From: Eimeria praecox
Lineage: Eukaryota
Direction: 5' to 3'
Assembly: GCA_963920595.1 (NCBI GenBank)
Contig: OY986948.1
Coordinates: forward strand, 1,488,001-1,552,000
Length of the DNA stretch: 64,000 nucleotides
A model generated the notes under the pieces. It was not told where the DNA came from. It was given only the letters and a program-made list of their open reading frames with translations, and did no database searches. The position numbers and the translations under genes are program-made. Position 1 is the first letter of the stretch; the number at the start of each line of letters is the position of its first letter. Shown piece by piece: positions 1-13,200 of the stretch.

Positions 1-1380
1 TTTGCCCTCCATTCTGTTTCTGTTTAACGCTTGCATGGATTGCAAAGCGAATCTACTGTAGGGCAGTCAGATGCCATCTGAGGCCTGGGAGCCGCGGCCC
101 CCTTGAACGCCAGCTGATCTTCACTTCTGGGTCGAGTGATGATCCTTGAATTGCTCAATGACGAAAGCAAAATTATACTCCCTCTGCCGTTCCCTTGTGC
201 AATTTCGCGCCTATGGCTGGTAAGTTCAGCCCTTAGACTACGGTTCGAGTTCAGCACTGAACCGCGGTTTGCCCAATTTCTAAAAATATACAGGAACTAC
301 TGGCTCATTCTCAGGTCCACAAAATCCTTCGAAGCATCGCACGAAAAAGCCGTAACACCGAGGTACAGGGAATATGGCACCTGCGTACAACCCCATTGAA
401 AGTAACAAAACCTCATACCCTCCTCGTCTCCCCACCAAGCATTGCCGTGTGTGCAAGAGGGCTCAACAGTTTTTTCTGTGCTCCAGGCAATAGCCCCGTT
501 GCAGGAGTTGAGCGGAACACGGGCAATGAGAGCCAGTTTGCTTTCCCCGTACAGGGCAGAAGCCTACAAACGTTTCATGAAGGCGCATTTAAGGCACCAA
601 CGTTCACTCCGAGCTTCCTGTGATCCATGAATAACGGAAAAGCCGGCATACCGACACATGCATGAGACAGCCCTTCCAGCGGACGCCTATTAAAGTTCCC
701 CTGTTACGTATAAGTGTTTTAATCATTTATGCTCCTAAATGACACATTTAATTCTCTATTGTGGGGCTGGCCACCTGTCTGTGCTGTGCTCTCCTTTAGT
801 GCATGACAGCTGACTCCTGGCTGCTTGTGACAGGCGCGCAGTTTTGGTGGAACCCTATTACTTCTAGTGGTTTCCTTTCAAAATGATATTTACTACTTAG
901 AATGCCTAATTAATGCGCTTTTTTGGCTAAACGGCTGGGTTGCGTAGCGTGACGTGACCTCACTAGACCTCTGCTCCTTTGAGAGATCTTAGGGAACCAG
1001 GGGTGTGTGGGCCCGCATAGCCAGCTCAGTGAATTACCCTAGCCTTTGTTAAAGCCTGCATAAATTTGCCTTTAAAATTGTTCCCCTACTTGTGCATATC
1101 CCTTTTACTGTAGTCCGTGCGCTGGGAGATTTCTGACCTACTTAGGCGAGGTTGGGCTGAATGGGCACTTGGCTGCAGGTGTGAGTCATTATTACTGCCC
1201 TGATAGCTAGGGAAACCTTGATGGTCAGCATATAGGGTCCCTGCTAGTGCAACTAAGAAAATCCTTATCCTCAAAGGGTGTGCATGAAGATATATTAAGG
1301 ACAGCGAGAAGTCCTGCGCCTTTTTAATTACCCACAATCCCCCTCACCATTTGAACAGTTCGAAGAGACCGGGCGAAAAT

Positions 1381-4300
1381 ATGGCGTATAGCCCATCTTG
1401 CAGCGATGCATACAAAGACGGGCCTTGCCATTTTCTGACCTCTTCTCGTTTTGGAGCGATGTCCGCAAGTGTCGAGGCAGATGCAACACAAAATGTCCGT
1501 AGATACTCTCTTCCTGAGGATACGCCTAACCCAGCTAGAAGTTTAGTGTCTTCCTTTGTTAGTTGTGACATGCCGCTTATCCCTTTCAGCAGCCCTGAGC
1601 ATTCTCCCGCAGCTAGCTCGATTTTATCCCATCCGATGACTAGCCAGCACTCAGCAGATAGTATCTTATCCTCGGCTGTCGTCCCCTGGTTACACCAGCC
1701 AGCGTTTCCCTCAAGATATGGCGAGGGGCAGATGCAAAAATACGGCTCTGATCATGACTCCAGCTGCAAAGCTTCAATCTTGCCGCTTTCGTCCTATGCA
1801 AAAAGCAGTTCGTACGCTGGACAGAGGCTTGTGTTGCCCGCCTTACCTGAGCCCTCTGCAGAGGACTGCACCAGCGACTCATCGGCCTCAACAACTGGAG
1901 AAGCCGCGGACTCTGCTCCTAGCAGATGGCTCAAAAATATTTCTACTGAAAACGGGCAGGGTGTGTCTGTCGAGAAAGAGTTATATTCCGTTACAAAGTA
2001 TCAGAAAGTAACAAGTAAACGAGTGGCAGTGAACCAGATTGAGGAGTGCCCCACAAAATCCAACATTTGCTCGTTATTCTCTCCTTCTCGGAGCTCCAAT
2101 ACCGCGCAAACCACATCACCTACATGGACCTCCCCCAGTGAAAAGACAGTTCCTGGCGGATTGCATAGCCAGTGGACTGCTTCGGGCTCATCTAAAGAAC
2201 AAGTCGCTTGCCAGTCGCTTGGAGAGTCGCCAGCACTCTGCGAAGGACTTGAAGCATTTGGCGCCAGTGCTGGACAGCCAAAGGGAGGAATCGGTGTACG
2301 CTGTGGAACTCCAATGCCTTCGGTGGAGTATCTAGACGATGCTGATGACGGTCGGGCATGGCTAGATCATCTAGAAAAGCTTCGTGGAGGCGCCCCCAAG
2401 GAAGAGTATAAAAGGGAGAGGTCGCGCGTAGTAGATGCGCTTATTCGAAGAGCCGCTACATACCCGAAGGTTTCCGGCATTTACTTTGACAAGCACCAGG
2501 TACGCAGACAAGTCCGCCTGAACGAACCTACTTTTAAGCAACGGATACCTGCAAAATAGTGATAGTTATTTACAAAATCATCGGTTCTAAAGTAGTTCCG
2601 TGGGTCTTCAGTGGGTTGTACGTATTGTCGTATCATTATCGATTGCATTTCTTCGCAGCTACGTTGGTCTGTTGGGTGGGCCCACAATGGTCGCAGAGCT
2701 GCAAAGTACTTTCCAGTTAAACTTTTTGGGATGCGCGAGGGCTATGACATGGCTGTAAGCTTTAAATCCACTAAAACGCTGCCTATGGAGCCATCGGCGC
2801 CACTTCTGGCGAATCCTGTGCAAGCAGCAGAGGCTCCAGCAAGCTCTATTAGGTGCAACGAGAGCAGCACCAACAGAGCAGTACTAGGAGGGGTTCCAGT
2901 ATCTCGTGTGGATAAGTCTTTGGTTTCTTTAGCAGCAGATGCGCCCGTCACTTTGTCGCTTCGGCCGCAAGCAACAATTGCTGGACCCCCAAGCCTGAGC
3001 AACCGCGCGTGGTCAGAAAAAATACAAGTTTGCCCACCATGCTTTCCAGGAATGCCGCTGGCTGCATCATGTCTTATGCCGACAGCGAACCGACAGGCAT
3101 TGCCGGAGGGACAGACTACAGACGTTTCAGGCGCCAACACCACTAGAACCGGCATTCGGCTTCCCAGCTGTAGCGCTGAAACACCGATGCCATCATCGCA
3201 AATAATTTCCCATTCTGCTGGCAGTAACAAGGAAGAAAATGTTGGTCAAGTACTTGGCGATCAGGCTTCAGCTCCAGGCTCCCCTGACCGGGCTACTCAG
3301 GGGACGCTGCATAGCTTAGCTTGCTTCAGACCAACTGACTCACAGTGGCAGTGCACGTCAGTGGGTGAGATGGACCAACTTAAACTCCCGGATTCATGCA
3401 CTGTTGTAGGCGAGAAAACAGACTTGCAAGCAGTAGCGGAAGGTCGCTTAATTGCTTCCGACGCCTACACAAATAGGACACAGGGCTCCATGTCGCAGGT
3501 ACCCACAGTGCTAGTGTCAGCTCCATCGTTTACCCCTCAGCATCCCCCTGATTCTGGTCAAATCAGGGACAGTCCCCATCCCTTTCGTTGCCGAAACTCC
3601 TTGGAATTGTATGTTGGTGGCAGTGGTGGGAATAAAACTGGGGCAAGCGTCTCAGTTGCACCAGCTGCTTCTGCAGTCGGCAACCAGGATATTATGGTTT
3701 CAAAAAGTCCCCGCAGCCCTCAACCCTCTCCATCGACGTCATACGAAAATTCGTCACCCCAAGAAGCATATCACGTCGATTCTCCAGTTCCCCTGGCACA
3801 TCCTACAAACCCAGTGAGTTCTCACACACATGCTTGAGCGAGTGGCTTCTTACAACAGAATTCAAATCCAGTCGGTGCATTCACCACTTAATTTTCCCGC
3901 AGCATCCTCACCGTAACACCAAAGAGTGCGTTCTCAAAGCTTCCGTGACCTAGGCAGTTGTGAGATCTCTTGCAGCCTTTCCTCCCCCTAGTTTGCTTTT
4001 ACTCCTACCAAGCTAGCTTCCAAACGCTCTGAGCCTTCATGGCTTTGAGTTACCCGCATCATATCATTTCCCTTCTCCAGTAGGTGGCATGTCCGTGCAT
4101 TTGCCCTTCTTCAGCGGGGAGCGTCAGGATGGCCTAATTTGCAGGCACGCGAAATTAATGGGATAGGGCCCTCTCACAATCGTGTCCCAGTTTCTGACCT
4201 TCCATCGGCAATGAAAATGCTTCGGCCCCTCTGCAATCCCGTTAACAGCGTTAGTCCCTGCCGTAGCGCAGATCCACCAAGCCTCCCTGCTACGAACGAC

Positions 4301-6777
4301 GGTAGGGAGATCGTTTCATGCCATCAGAATGCCTTGAAGGCCAGCATTCAAGAAAGGGAGCTTCCCTTGGGAAGCACTGTGAGATACGATCGTCTACGGA
4401 TGCACCACGTTCAGCAAATGCACCACACACCCGGCATCCATTTTGACAAGCACTCCCTCAGGTGGAAGGCTACCTGGTACGACATATCTGGGCACAGGAA
4501 GGCCAAGTACTTCCCTATAGGTAAGGTCCCAATAAGCCTCGCTGCCCTTCAGGTGCCCCCCTAGGCAGAATCAAGTTGTTTGCTGCGTTGTGGTTGATAT
4601 TGCCCCCTTCGTAACTGAAGTGCGTAGAACAAAGATCCTGCCACAAGGCCCGTAACATCATGTGTGTCACCACGCTTGGTGCTTCAGCGCGATACGGCTT
4701 TGAGCGCGCCAGGTTGCTGGCTATACATACGCGCCTGACAAATCACATACCGAGAGGGTCAAGGTACAAGGAAAAGAATACATCAGAAGGCATGACTCTC
4801 CAGATGTTACCTTCACAAGGTTCTGACCTCCCATTCGGGCAAAGTACATCCTGTATTGCAGCTGCTGACTCATTCCTAGAAAAGAGTATACCTAGAGATT
4901 CGCCCGTCGATGAACACTCAGACGCACAGGATCAAAAGGGTGTGCCCTCTAGCTTACTCGAAATGCCCAACCGTAAGCTCCCAAGGAAGGGGAATGCACA
5001 CAGGGATTCATTCGTATGCGTAGCTGGGGTGGATTGCCTCTGGAACGTCTGCTTATTGAACGGCGGGAGGTCTATTGGCTCGAGTATCACTGCTACGTAG
5101 TGCCTGTTATTCCACTGCAGCAACTGGAACGGCGGCTGATGCATCTGCCGACGTGCCAATCAGCACTCTCAGCTCACTTGCCGACGGTGGATATGATGAA
5201 GAAAGGGACAGGCGTCTGTCGAAGGCGGTAAGCTTCGCAGGCCTCTAATAGTTAAAATGACGACCCATTACTGATTCGTAAACACTCCGGGTTGTGCTTG
5301 TGTGTAACGGGCAATATAAGACTTACGTAATCTACACACTGTTGTGGAGCACTTATTTCAGCCTTCACGAGTGCTCATACGTCACGCTTCCAGACTGACG
5401 CGCGTACCTGGTATTTGGTTTGACAAGAAGCAACTACGATGGGCCTGCACATTTACCGATGTCCAGGTAGTGCATACTACTATTTGTAGTTCGAAAGCAA
5501 ACTGGTAAATTATACTAGCAAACTGTCATGACAGCAGAAACATCAACTGTTCATTCGATGGAAGAGGGTGGCGAAACGTGCTTTTCTCCTGCTTATTTCT
5601 CAGTCTGGAAAGCGCCGAGCAGAGTACTTTCCGATTCGTCACTTTGGGTTTCTGGGAGCCCGATTGTTGGCCGTAAACGCTCGCAAAAAAATGGAGAGGT
5701 TTCGTTCACAGGCTAGTGCCAGTGCCCAATCGAGCGAAAAAATTAAAAAGGAAACTCTATCACAGCATGACTCATCATGTGTTGAGGACGGCACCATGGG
5801 GGAGGTGAACAGCTTTGAAAGCCATGTGGCCAAAGAAGCCGGTACGGAGGATCTGTGGAACAAATATGTAGTTGAGATACTTCAACGCACAGACGCTCAC
5901 AAGGATCTCCATTTTTCCACAACCGAGGCTACTTTTTTCACCCTTGGGGGGGGATCCCTTCGAGCTGCTGACGAGCTAATTTGCAGCGGAACCGACTGGG
6001 TGGGTTTTATGTCTTCCTTTTTCACTTTCCCAAGCGGTGAAGATGAGGAGGTTTAGCTGCAGACGCATGCATTTCCCATTTGACTGGCAGCAGGCCTTCA
6101 TAAAAGTCATGGCAGCCTAAGATGCCCTCCACTTCCACCAGCCTGTTCTGATCAGGTAGACGGAAACTGCAAGGAAGAAGATGCCTATCCGCAACCAGAG
6201 GACACTGAAAGCAAAGCTCCATATAGCCGAGAGGAAAATGTCCGCACCATATTAAAAGCAGGTGTTCTGCTGTTCGCTAGATACCTTCATCGTCTGCTAA
6301 AACGAAGGCTCACCAGATTTGGTTTAAGGTGTTCCGTCATGGAGTAGTCGAGCTGCGGCATTTTCCTAATGCTCTAGCCGCTGCATTGTCCCTAGGAGAC
6401 TCAACTTTCAACTTGATCTCATTGCCATTTGGTGCGTGCAGGACAGAGGCGGCCTGCTCACAACACATTCGGAAACTATTCTGTCTCTTGGCAGAGAGGC
6501 TATCCGCTTCCTTCTGTGCGACTTGCGGACTCACTGTCTTAGTGATCCTACTTCTGGATTGTCGGCTAGAGAATCCGTTTCCCACATGAGTGCGCTGCAC
6601 CAGCATGCATTATGGGTCGAGAAAGCCGAGCATTGCCACAACCTTGAGCAATATTTAACAATCTTCGCCAGCTGCATCAAGCATATGAAACTGCCTAGTC
6701 ACCTCTGTCAAGCTGAGCAGAGACGGTTACTGAAAAGCATTGCTGCTCTAACAATACCTAACTGCACAGATCACTAG
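1381..6777 (+). CDS. ApiAP2 transcription factor, multi-exon, three AP2 domains plus C-terminal ACDC domain
   Basis: Manual GT-AG splicing gives three AP2 domains. AP2-1 is YPKVSGIYFDKHQ|LRWSVGWAHNGRRAAKYFPVKLFGMREGYDMAV (intron 2500-2658). AP2-2 is HTPGIHFDKHSLRWKATWYDISGHRKAKYFPI|ARYGFERARLLAIHTR (intron 4521-4687). AP2-3 is LTRVPGIWFDKKQLRWACTFTDVQ|SGKRRAEYFPIRHFGFLGARLLAVNAR (intron 5467-5603). The last exon (6442-6777) encodes REAIRFLLCDLRTHC...HALWVEKAEHCHNLEQYLTIFASCIKHMKLPSHL...QRRLLKSI, matching the ACDC pattern. Splicing at 3.8-4.1 kb, 5.0-5.2 kb and 5.9-6.4 kb is less certain. Confidence 0.9.
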
Positions 6778-9700
6778 AACTAATGGCGTTTTCCCCTCTG
6801 AAAAGTGTGTATTGATCAAATTGCGGCTAGCCCCGCTTGTTAAGTCCTTCTTAAGCTGCGACGGAATCCAGGTTAGATCGCAAGCTTCCCAATTGTATGT
6901 GAATGACCTCATTGCACTGCCTGCAGCAAGTTCGCCGCAATGTACTTTGGGTGTACCTTTTCCTGCAGAGACTTAATCGCAATTCTTGTTTTCATTAGAG
7001 AAACAACTTTTTTTTTAAATATGCTCCCCACTGGTTGTTCTTGCAGTAGACATTGATAATCACTGCATTAGCGAGAATTAGAGTACAGCCGGTGTTTTGC
7101 CTGCGGCAGTAGACTTGGTGCAAGCATGGATATGATATTCTCCAAACGAGTTGGAGCATCATGACAAACGTAAGATAAGCTTTCTGAAAAGCACAGTCCC
7201 CCAGACTTCAGAGCATCTCGTCATGCATTGAGTCTGACAAGAAGTCGCCATTGGGGAGGGGATCGCCCTGCCAAGGAGGCGATAGTTTACATTTATTTAA
7301 TGTAAAACGAAGGGTTACACATAGGCTTGGGGGATGGAATGTTACTGGCTCTTACAACATAGCTCTATCTACTGCTCTAGTTCGCCAGCAAGTCTTCCTA
7401 CGCGTGTTATATTATGAGCACTTCACAGAAATGCCGCACCAGCCTGCTGGATCTGCCCCCTTATCTTAGGCGGAGCGCCGAGTGACAGCACCTGTTCATG
7501 CAGTAGCAGGCGAGATGCTTTGTATTCCACCAATTCAGAGCCAATGCTTTCAGCCAGATGAAAAATTGGTGGAACAAAAAGGGGAAACCGCTCCAATACA
7601 ATCTGCAGCTTGATTTAATTCCGGTAAAAGAAATAATGAGAGGGATTCATAGCCTCCACTGTCGGTAACTCGGCATGAATTTTCTCATTGGCGTGAACCT
7701 TTAGCCAGCCCCTGACTACTCCTCTTAGAGGCCTTTTGACCTTTTTTCGCTTTTCTACGGTAGCCAGTCGTTCGACGCCAGTCATTGGCCTTTCCTACGA
7801 TAAGCCCTTCTTCAAGCCTCTTCACGTCGCAAGGCTAGCCGTGCCTGAAAGTGCGTCATGTGTTTCTTCTTTGCCTTTTTACCATGGCAAACCCAGGATT
7901 TCACTGTTTTCGGGGATGGCCTTAGAAACTCGTCTATTTTGCCCCCGTCTCTATAAGAAACGCCTCACAGTGGGCTGAGTAGAAACCGCTGGCTTCCGCC
8001 AACTACCAAAGCAGGGGAAGAAAAGAATAAATGGAAATTCTGGAAATGGCGTTTTGATTGGGCGCTGGCGGCTCCATCCACCAATTTCACAGCACACCTG
8101 AATATCTGAGGCTGTGATGTTTGGCAGCGTGAATCTTATCTAGCATCAGCCAAAGGACAAAACCTTCCTTCGGACAGTTAAAAGTATCCACCGTTAAAAG
8201 ACCAACTGTGTAACTATATCAGGGCCAGTTTCTAACTCTGATACAAGCGACATGGTGGTGCCAGAGGCGTGATCAGCCTGAAAACATAAGTGTATTAGTG
8301 GTCGTCTGCCTACTGGCCATGGCTGCACGTGTATTCGTCCCCACAGGTTTAAGATCTGTACCAATGATCGTTCACCCGGTGGTCACAAAGGAATTCCATC
8401 TGGCTTCTGTGGGTTACAAACTGTTTTAAGGCTCTGATCACAGAACAAAAATATATGACACATTCTGACGCCATCTCGGCGAGGAGTAGCTAAATGCATA
8501 TTTGCTCTCCTTGACAAATAAACGAGCCAATTCGCCACTTCAGTTTGTGTTCGAGCGTGGGAAACACAAATTAATGCGGGTGTTTACATAGGCATACGCT
8601 CGTCAATATCTGGAGGGAAGCACCCATTGCATTGCAAATTTGCAGTACCAGGAACAAAGTTCACTTGCGATAGCTGCAGGAAAACAAGCGAACTTGGCGG
8701 CCCAGCGAGTTCACGGACAGAACAGAGTGTAATTTTTGTGTGATTGGCCATGTTCTTTTTAGCCGAACGCCCTCGTTGGCGTGGACCACGGTGGGACACC
8801 GAAGCTCGTTGGGGCTGGGCTGCAGCCCCGTCCACAAAACACACACAAAAACAGACACTGGTATTGACATCTATCAAAAAATGTACAATAAACATTGATG
8901 AAGGCGGACGGTTGTTATTTTTTAGTACTGAAAGAAGCTCAACTACGGCATGCGGCAAGTGTGTTTCCTCGAAACATATTTTACAGGGCATGCTTGGACT
9001 TGCTCGGCAGCATTGCAGTCAATGTATGTTCAATATTCACGCATTTTCCTGCAGCTGCACTTAGAGCTCTTTCTAGTGGGTTTGGAATTGTTCGTTAAAG
9101 TGAAATGTAAAGGGACGATATGACAGGGAATAAACCCATGAGTCTGGGTAGGTGCAATGTAGGCTGTTGAGAGACCATGGCCTATGAACACGTTTTACAC
9201 ATTATTTGAACCTCCCGATTCTTCAATTTTCATTACGCCGCAAACTACGGCTGCCAACAAAATCAGCGTCGTCAGCTAGACTAGCATTGGCGGCATTGAA
9301 AACCCTCACTGTGGTGATCTGCGCTGCCCTACGTCATTCCTACTGGGAGCGGGAAAGCAAGACATACGGATCTTGTTGCATCAAACATTGCATCTTCAAA
9401 CAATTCGAAAACGTTTTGGCCCAGTGTCTAGGTATATAAAGCGCCTCCCTACTGCAATAATTCGGATTCCCATAGAAGTTGTACAGCTGATGAAACCCCC
9501 CATGGTGCCTCATCTAGCCCCCCACCCAGTCAAACACCGCCAGAATTTTTTTTTAAAGTTGTCCCTTTAAGGTTGACCATGGACCCGTTTACTTGCGCTT
9601 TTAGCCAGCTGTAGGAGCAGGTCGATGTAGTTTCTGGCAAGTTGGCTCCGCTACCTTAGCTGCTTCTTCATAGCACTGCGTACCCAGGGTGTCATGCTGC

Positions 9701-10282
9701 GAAACGGTGATCATAGTCGCATCCCTCATTACCAAGTACAGACCTGCGAATTTGTTAGCTGTGAGGTCACTCCCCACCAAGTCGGACATACAGTTCAATT
9801 GACGCAGCATTTCGCTTCGGTTGGTCCTGCCTCAGCTTCTAGCCGACAAGAGTGCTTCCACATTGAATTCGCCTGGTGTTTTGTAAAGCTTCCTCGCCAT
9901 GTAGACACCTTCTAAAAGAGCTTGAAGATAGAGGAGGCCCCCCAGGCTCTAGTTTACCGCTGGCGTCCTCACTCCAGTAACACTGGAAAACTACGCCAGC
10001 TGAGCTCTCCCTCCCTTCATGCTGCTAGGTGGGAGGGCCTGTCGCTTCCTCTACTCATCCGTCTGCACTAGCTTATGCATGAAGGGAGATGTTTTTCAAG
10101 ACCTTATCTTCGGTTCGTAACGTCGCCGAGCGGAACGTTAGTAACATTCCTTCTTTCATCGAGTAGTATCGGTGGATTTGGGTGGTGGGTAAGGGCCAAG
10201 CGGCCAAAGAATTAGCTTCAGCAAAGGGGCAGGAGCATCTTACCAGCATATTAAACCCTTCGAATACAACGGGATTGAGGGC

Positions 10283-13200
10283 ATGTTCATATATGGCAAC
10301 AGAAAATTCAAAGATAGATTCTTCTATCTTCAGCTCTGCGCGCCCTTCACTTACACTGAACTGCGACTGTATCTCTGCTCTCCTGCAATCGAAACGAATC
10401 GGTTGGCATCCACTGTTTTTTCTATGTGGGGGTCTACAACATCTCCTCCTCACTGGAGGCACTCAGTTGAGGGCTCCGCAACGATAGGCTGCGAGGAATC
10501 ACACATAAAAGGTTCCTCAGAAGAGTCGCTCCTTCTTCAAGGCCCCATTGGATTAGGGTCAGGGGAGGAGGACGTACTCCAAACTGAGAAGGCAGAGAGC
10601 GAGGGCGAAGCGGAATACAGCGAGGGGACAGTGCTACCCGTTTCAGCTGAAACAGCTACTGATGGCAACAACAACTGTGAGAGCGGCACCAGCACGAATT
10701 GCTTCTCGCTTGTGAGAGCTGTCAAGCCTGAACGGAAGCTGGCACTCTCCGCTGGCGGGCAGCATGAGGGATTGTTGGCCTGCCACGACTCCAGCTCCAC
10801 TGCCCATGGGCTTGCTGAAGGCTCTCGTGTCGCAGTGGACAGCTTAACACCTCCTCAGAAAGTGAAGATTGCCTCCACTGTCATCAGCGAAGGTCCCCAA
10901 TGTCCGATACCTGTTAGTGCTGGCGAAACTCCTTCTGCGTGTATCTCTTCTCCAAACCTCTCGTGTACCACACCAATCTTGCCTTACGCAGTTCCGGTTG
11001 GAAGCTCCGTTCCCATAGCTCCGGGAACTTCTTGCGCTGGGCGTGGCTGGACATGCAGCGCGCCAAGGCTACCGATGGGTTCGATGGTTTCTATTGGAGG
11101 AGAAGTTCGGGGGCCTTCGATAGGAAGTGTCGGATGCTTTATTTCTTCAGTGTTTCTGGGAACAAATAGTCACAACCCTGTCCTGCCAGGCGGTGCTGCC
11201 GTTGCGTCATCGGCGCTTCCGGGGGCTGTTGGTCACCGTTTCTCAGGTCTCGGAGGCTCCACCTTTCTTCCGTCTGCTTTATCTCTGGCAGGAAGTGGTG
11301 GCGCTCTTAACTCATGGCACCAACACCCAAAACAACAGCAGCAGCAAACCATGTATCTGCGGCCGCATATAATGCCTACAGGAGGTGCACGCTCAAGTGG
11401 AAACATCCCTGTAATTCTCACAGCCCTGCGTAGGCATCTCCGGTCACTAATCAGCATAGTGTATAATAAGCAGCATGGAAAGACTCATGCTAACAGCTCT
11501 CTCATGCAAGAGGAGACTAACTTCCAAAAGGAGCAAGACAATTTGTTGTATTGCCGTGAAACGGGTGGGGGATGCGGCGTTTCCGTAAGCATCAATGAGG
11601 AACACACTTCCGCCGCATGTTGTATAAAGGGCCTCAGCAACGAGAGCCAAACTGAATACCCACAATGTTCTGCAGGCGTGGAAATGCATGAAATTCCGCC
11701 GACCTACAAAAGTAGTGCGCAGGATGAACCGCTTATGGGAGCCCCCAAGCAAGCTGATGGATTAAGGATACACTCTACCGTTAGCTCTCAGCTGCGCCCT
11801 CCATCTCCGCAGGAGGGACCTACGGAACCTCAGGAGGGCTCATCTGAGGCTGCAGGTGTGTCAGCCACTGGTCGCAGAGGTACAGCAGCGATGCAGCTTC
11901 CCAATAGTTCAAGAGACTCAGCACTGCTGCATTTAGGTAGTGTTGATGGGGCTGCAGAGAGCTGGGAAGGACAGCGATATTTCCACGAAGAGCATCTAGA
12001 CGGCTGTTCCTTAAGTGAGCTAAGTGAATACCTCCAGATTTTTTCTTCATTCTTGTCTCTATCCCTTCCTGAGGTCTCTAGACAAGAACCTGGCACTTTG
12101 CAGCATGTCAGACTTCAGCTACTGCTGCTGCGAAACAATCATCAGCAACAACCGAGCCGACTCCGTCAGGCCAAACAAATTCTTCAGCGGTGGCCGCCTC
12201 TCGTGTACTCTTCCGCCGTTGGGGGGTCTGATGCTAACGATGATGGGACATCCTTGAACAGCTGTGCAGAAGCGACAATCTCACCAGTGGACGTCTGTTT
12301 GCGCAACAACACAGCTTCTGGAGCCCCCCGCCCATCGATGCCATTTAGCAGTGCGAACTTAACTTTTTTCTCATCCTTCTCCTCTTCCCCCAGTTCTCAC
12401 GTCGAGATGGACGCCTCATCTGTATCAGCGTCTGCCATACCTGGGGAGAAGGGAGCAAACGGAAGTGCTGTTACCACAGGTAGGAACGGAGCCAAACTTC
12501 GGCAGCTGTGGCGCTCGATATGTACATGCCTAACTTGAGGCTCCTTTGTGCGATTTTTGTCGCAGAAGAATGCGAAACAGCAGCCGAGCCGGCGGGAATA
12601 AGAAGCGCAGAATTTCCTTCTTCATCTGTGGAAGCCTTTAGTGTGGATGGGCCTCCCAGCAGTAGCAACAACGCAGGTGCCTTAGGCACACCTACAGCAG
12701 TGGTGGACTGCCCAGTCCCGCCTGCAGTACCTACCACATTTCTTGATTCACCAGCAAACGAAAGCCCTGGAGGTGCATCAGGAATTTCTGCTTGCAAGGA
12801 AAAGCTGCCGATGCCTTGGAGTTCTGATTCTGGCGGCACAGCAGGGACAGCAGCAGCACCAGCTTCAGGATTGAGGTGGTCTCCGCTGTCAGGGACTGCG
12901 ATTGGCATACGATTACACAGTCTGATGGGGGGAGCATCGCTGGGGCTGGGTAACACACTTTCCCTGTCTGGAAGTTCCGGGGGAGGAACAATTCAGCAGA
13001 CCACAGAAACACCCAGTGGGACACCACCATCTGCAAACGGCTGCTGCGGGGTAGGAGCACTTTTGGAGGGAGGGGCAGCTACTCTAGCGCTTTCTCCCGG
13101 CTCTCTTGAGTGGATTCGCGATGGTACAACAAATACAGCAGGCAGTCAGCAGATGGGAGTTCCCGTATCTCCTTATGTATTTTTTAGTAATGGGCATTGC

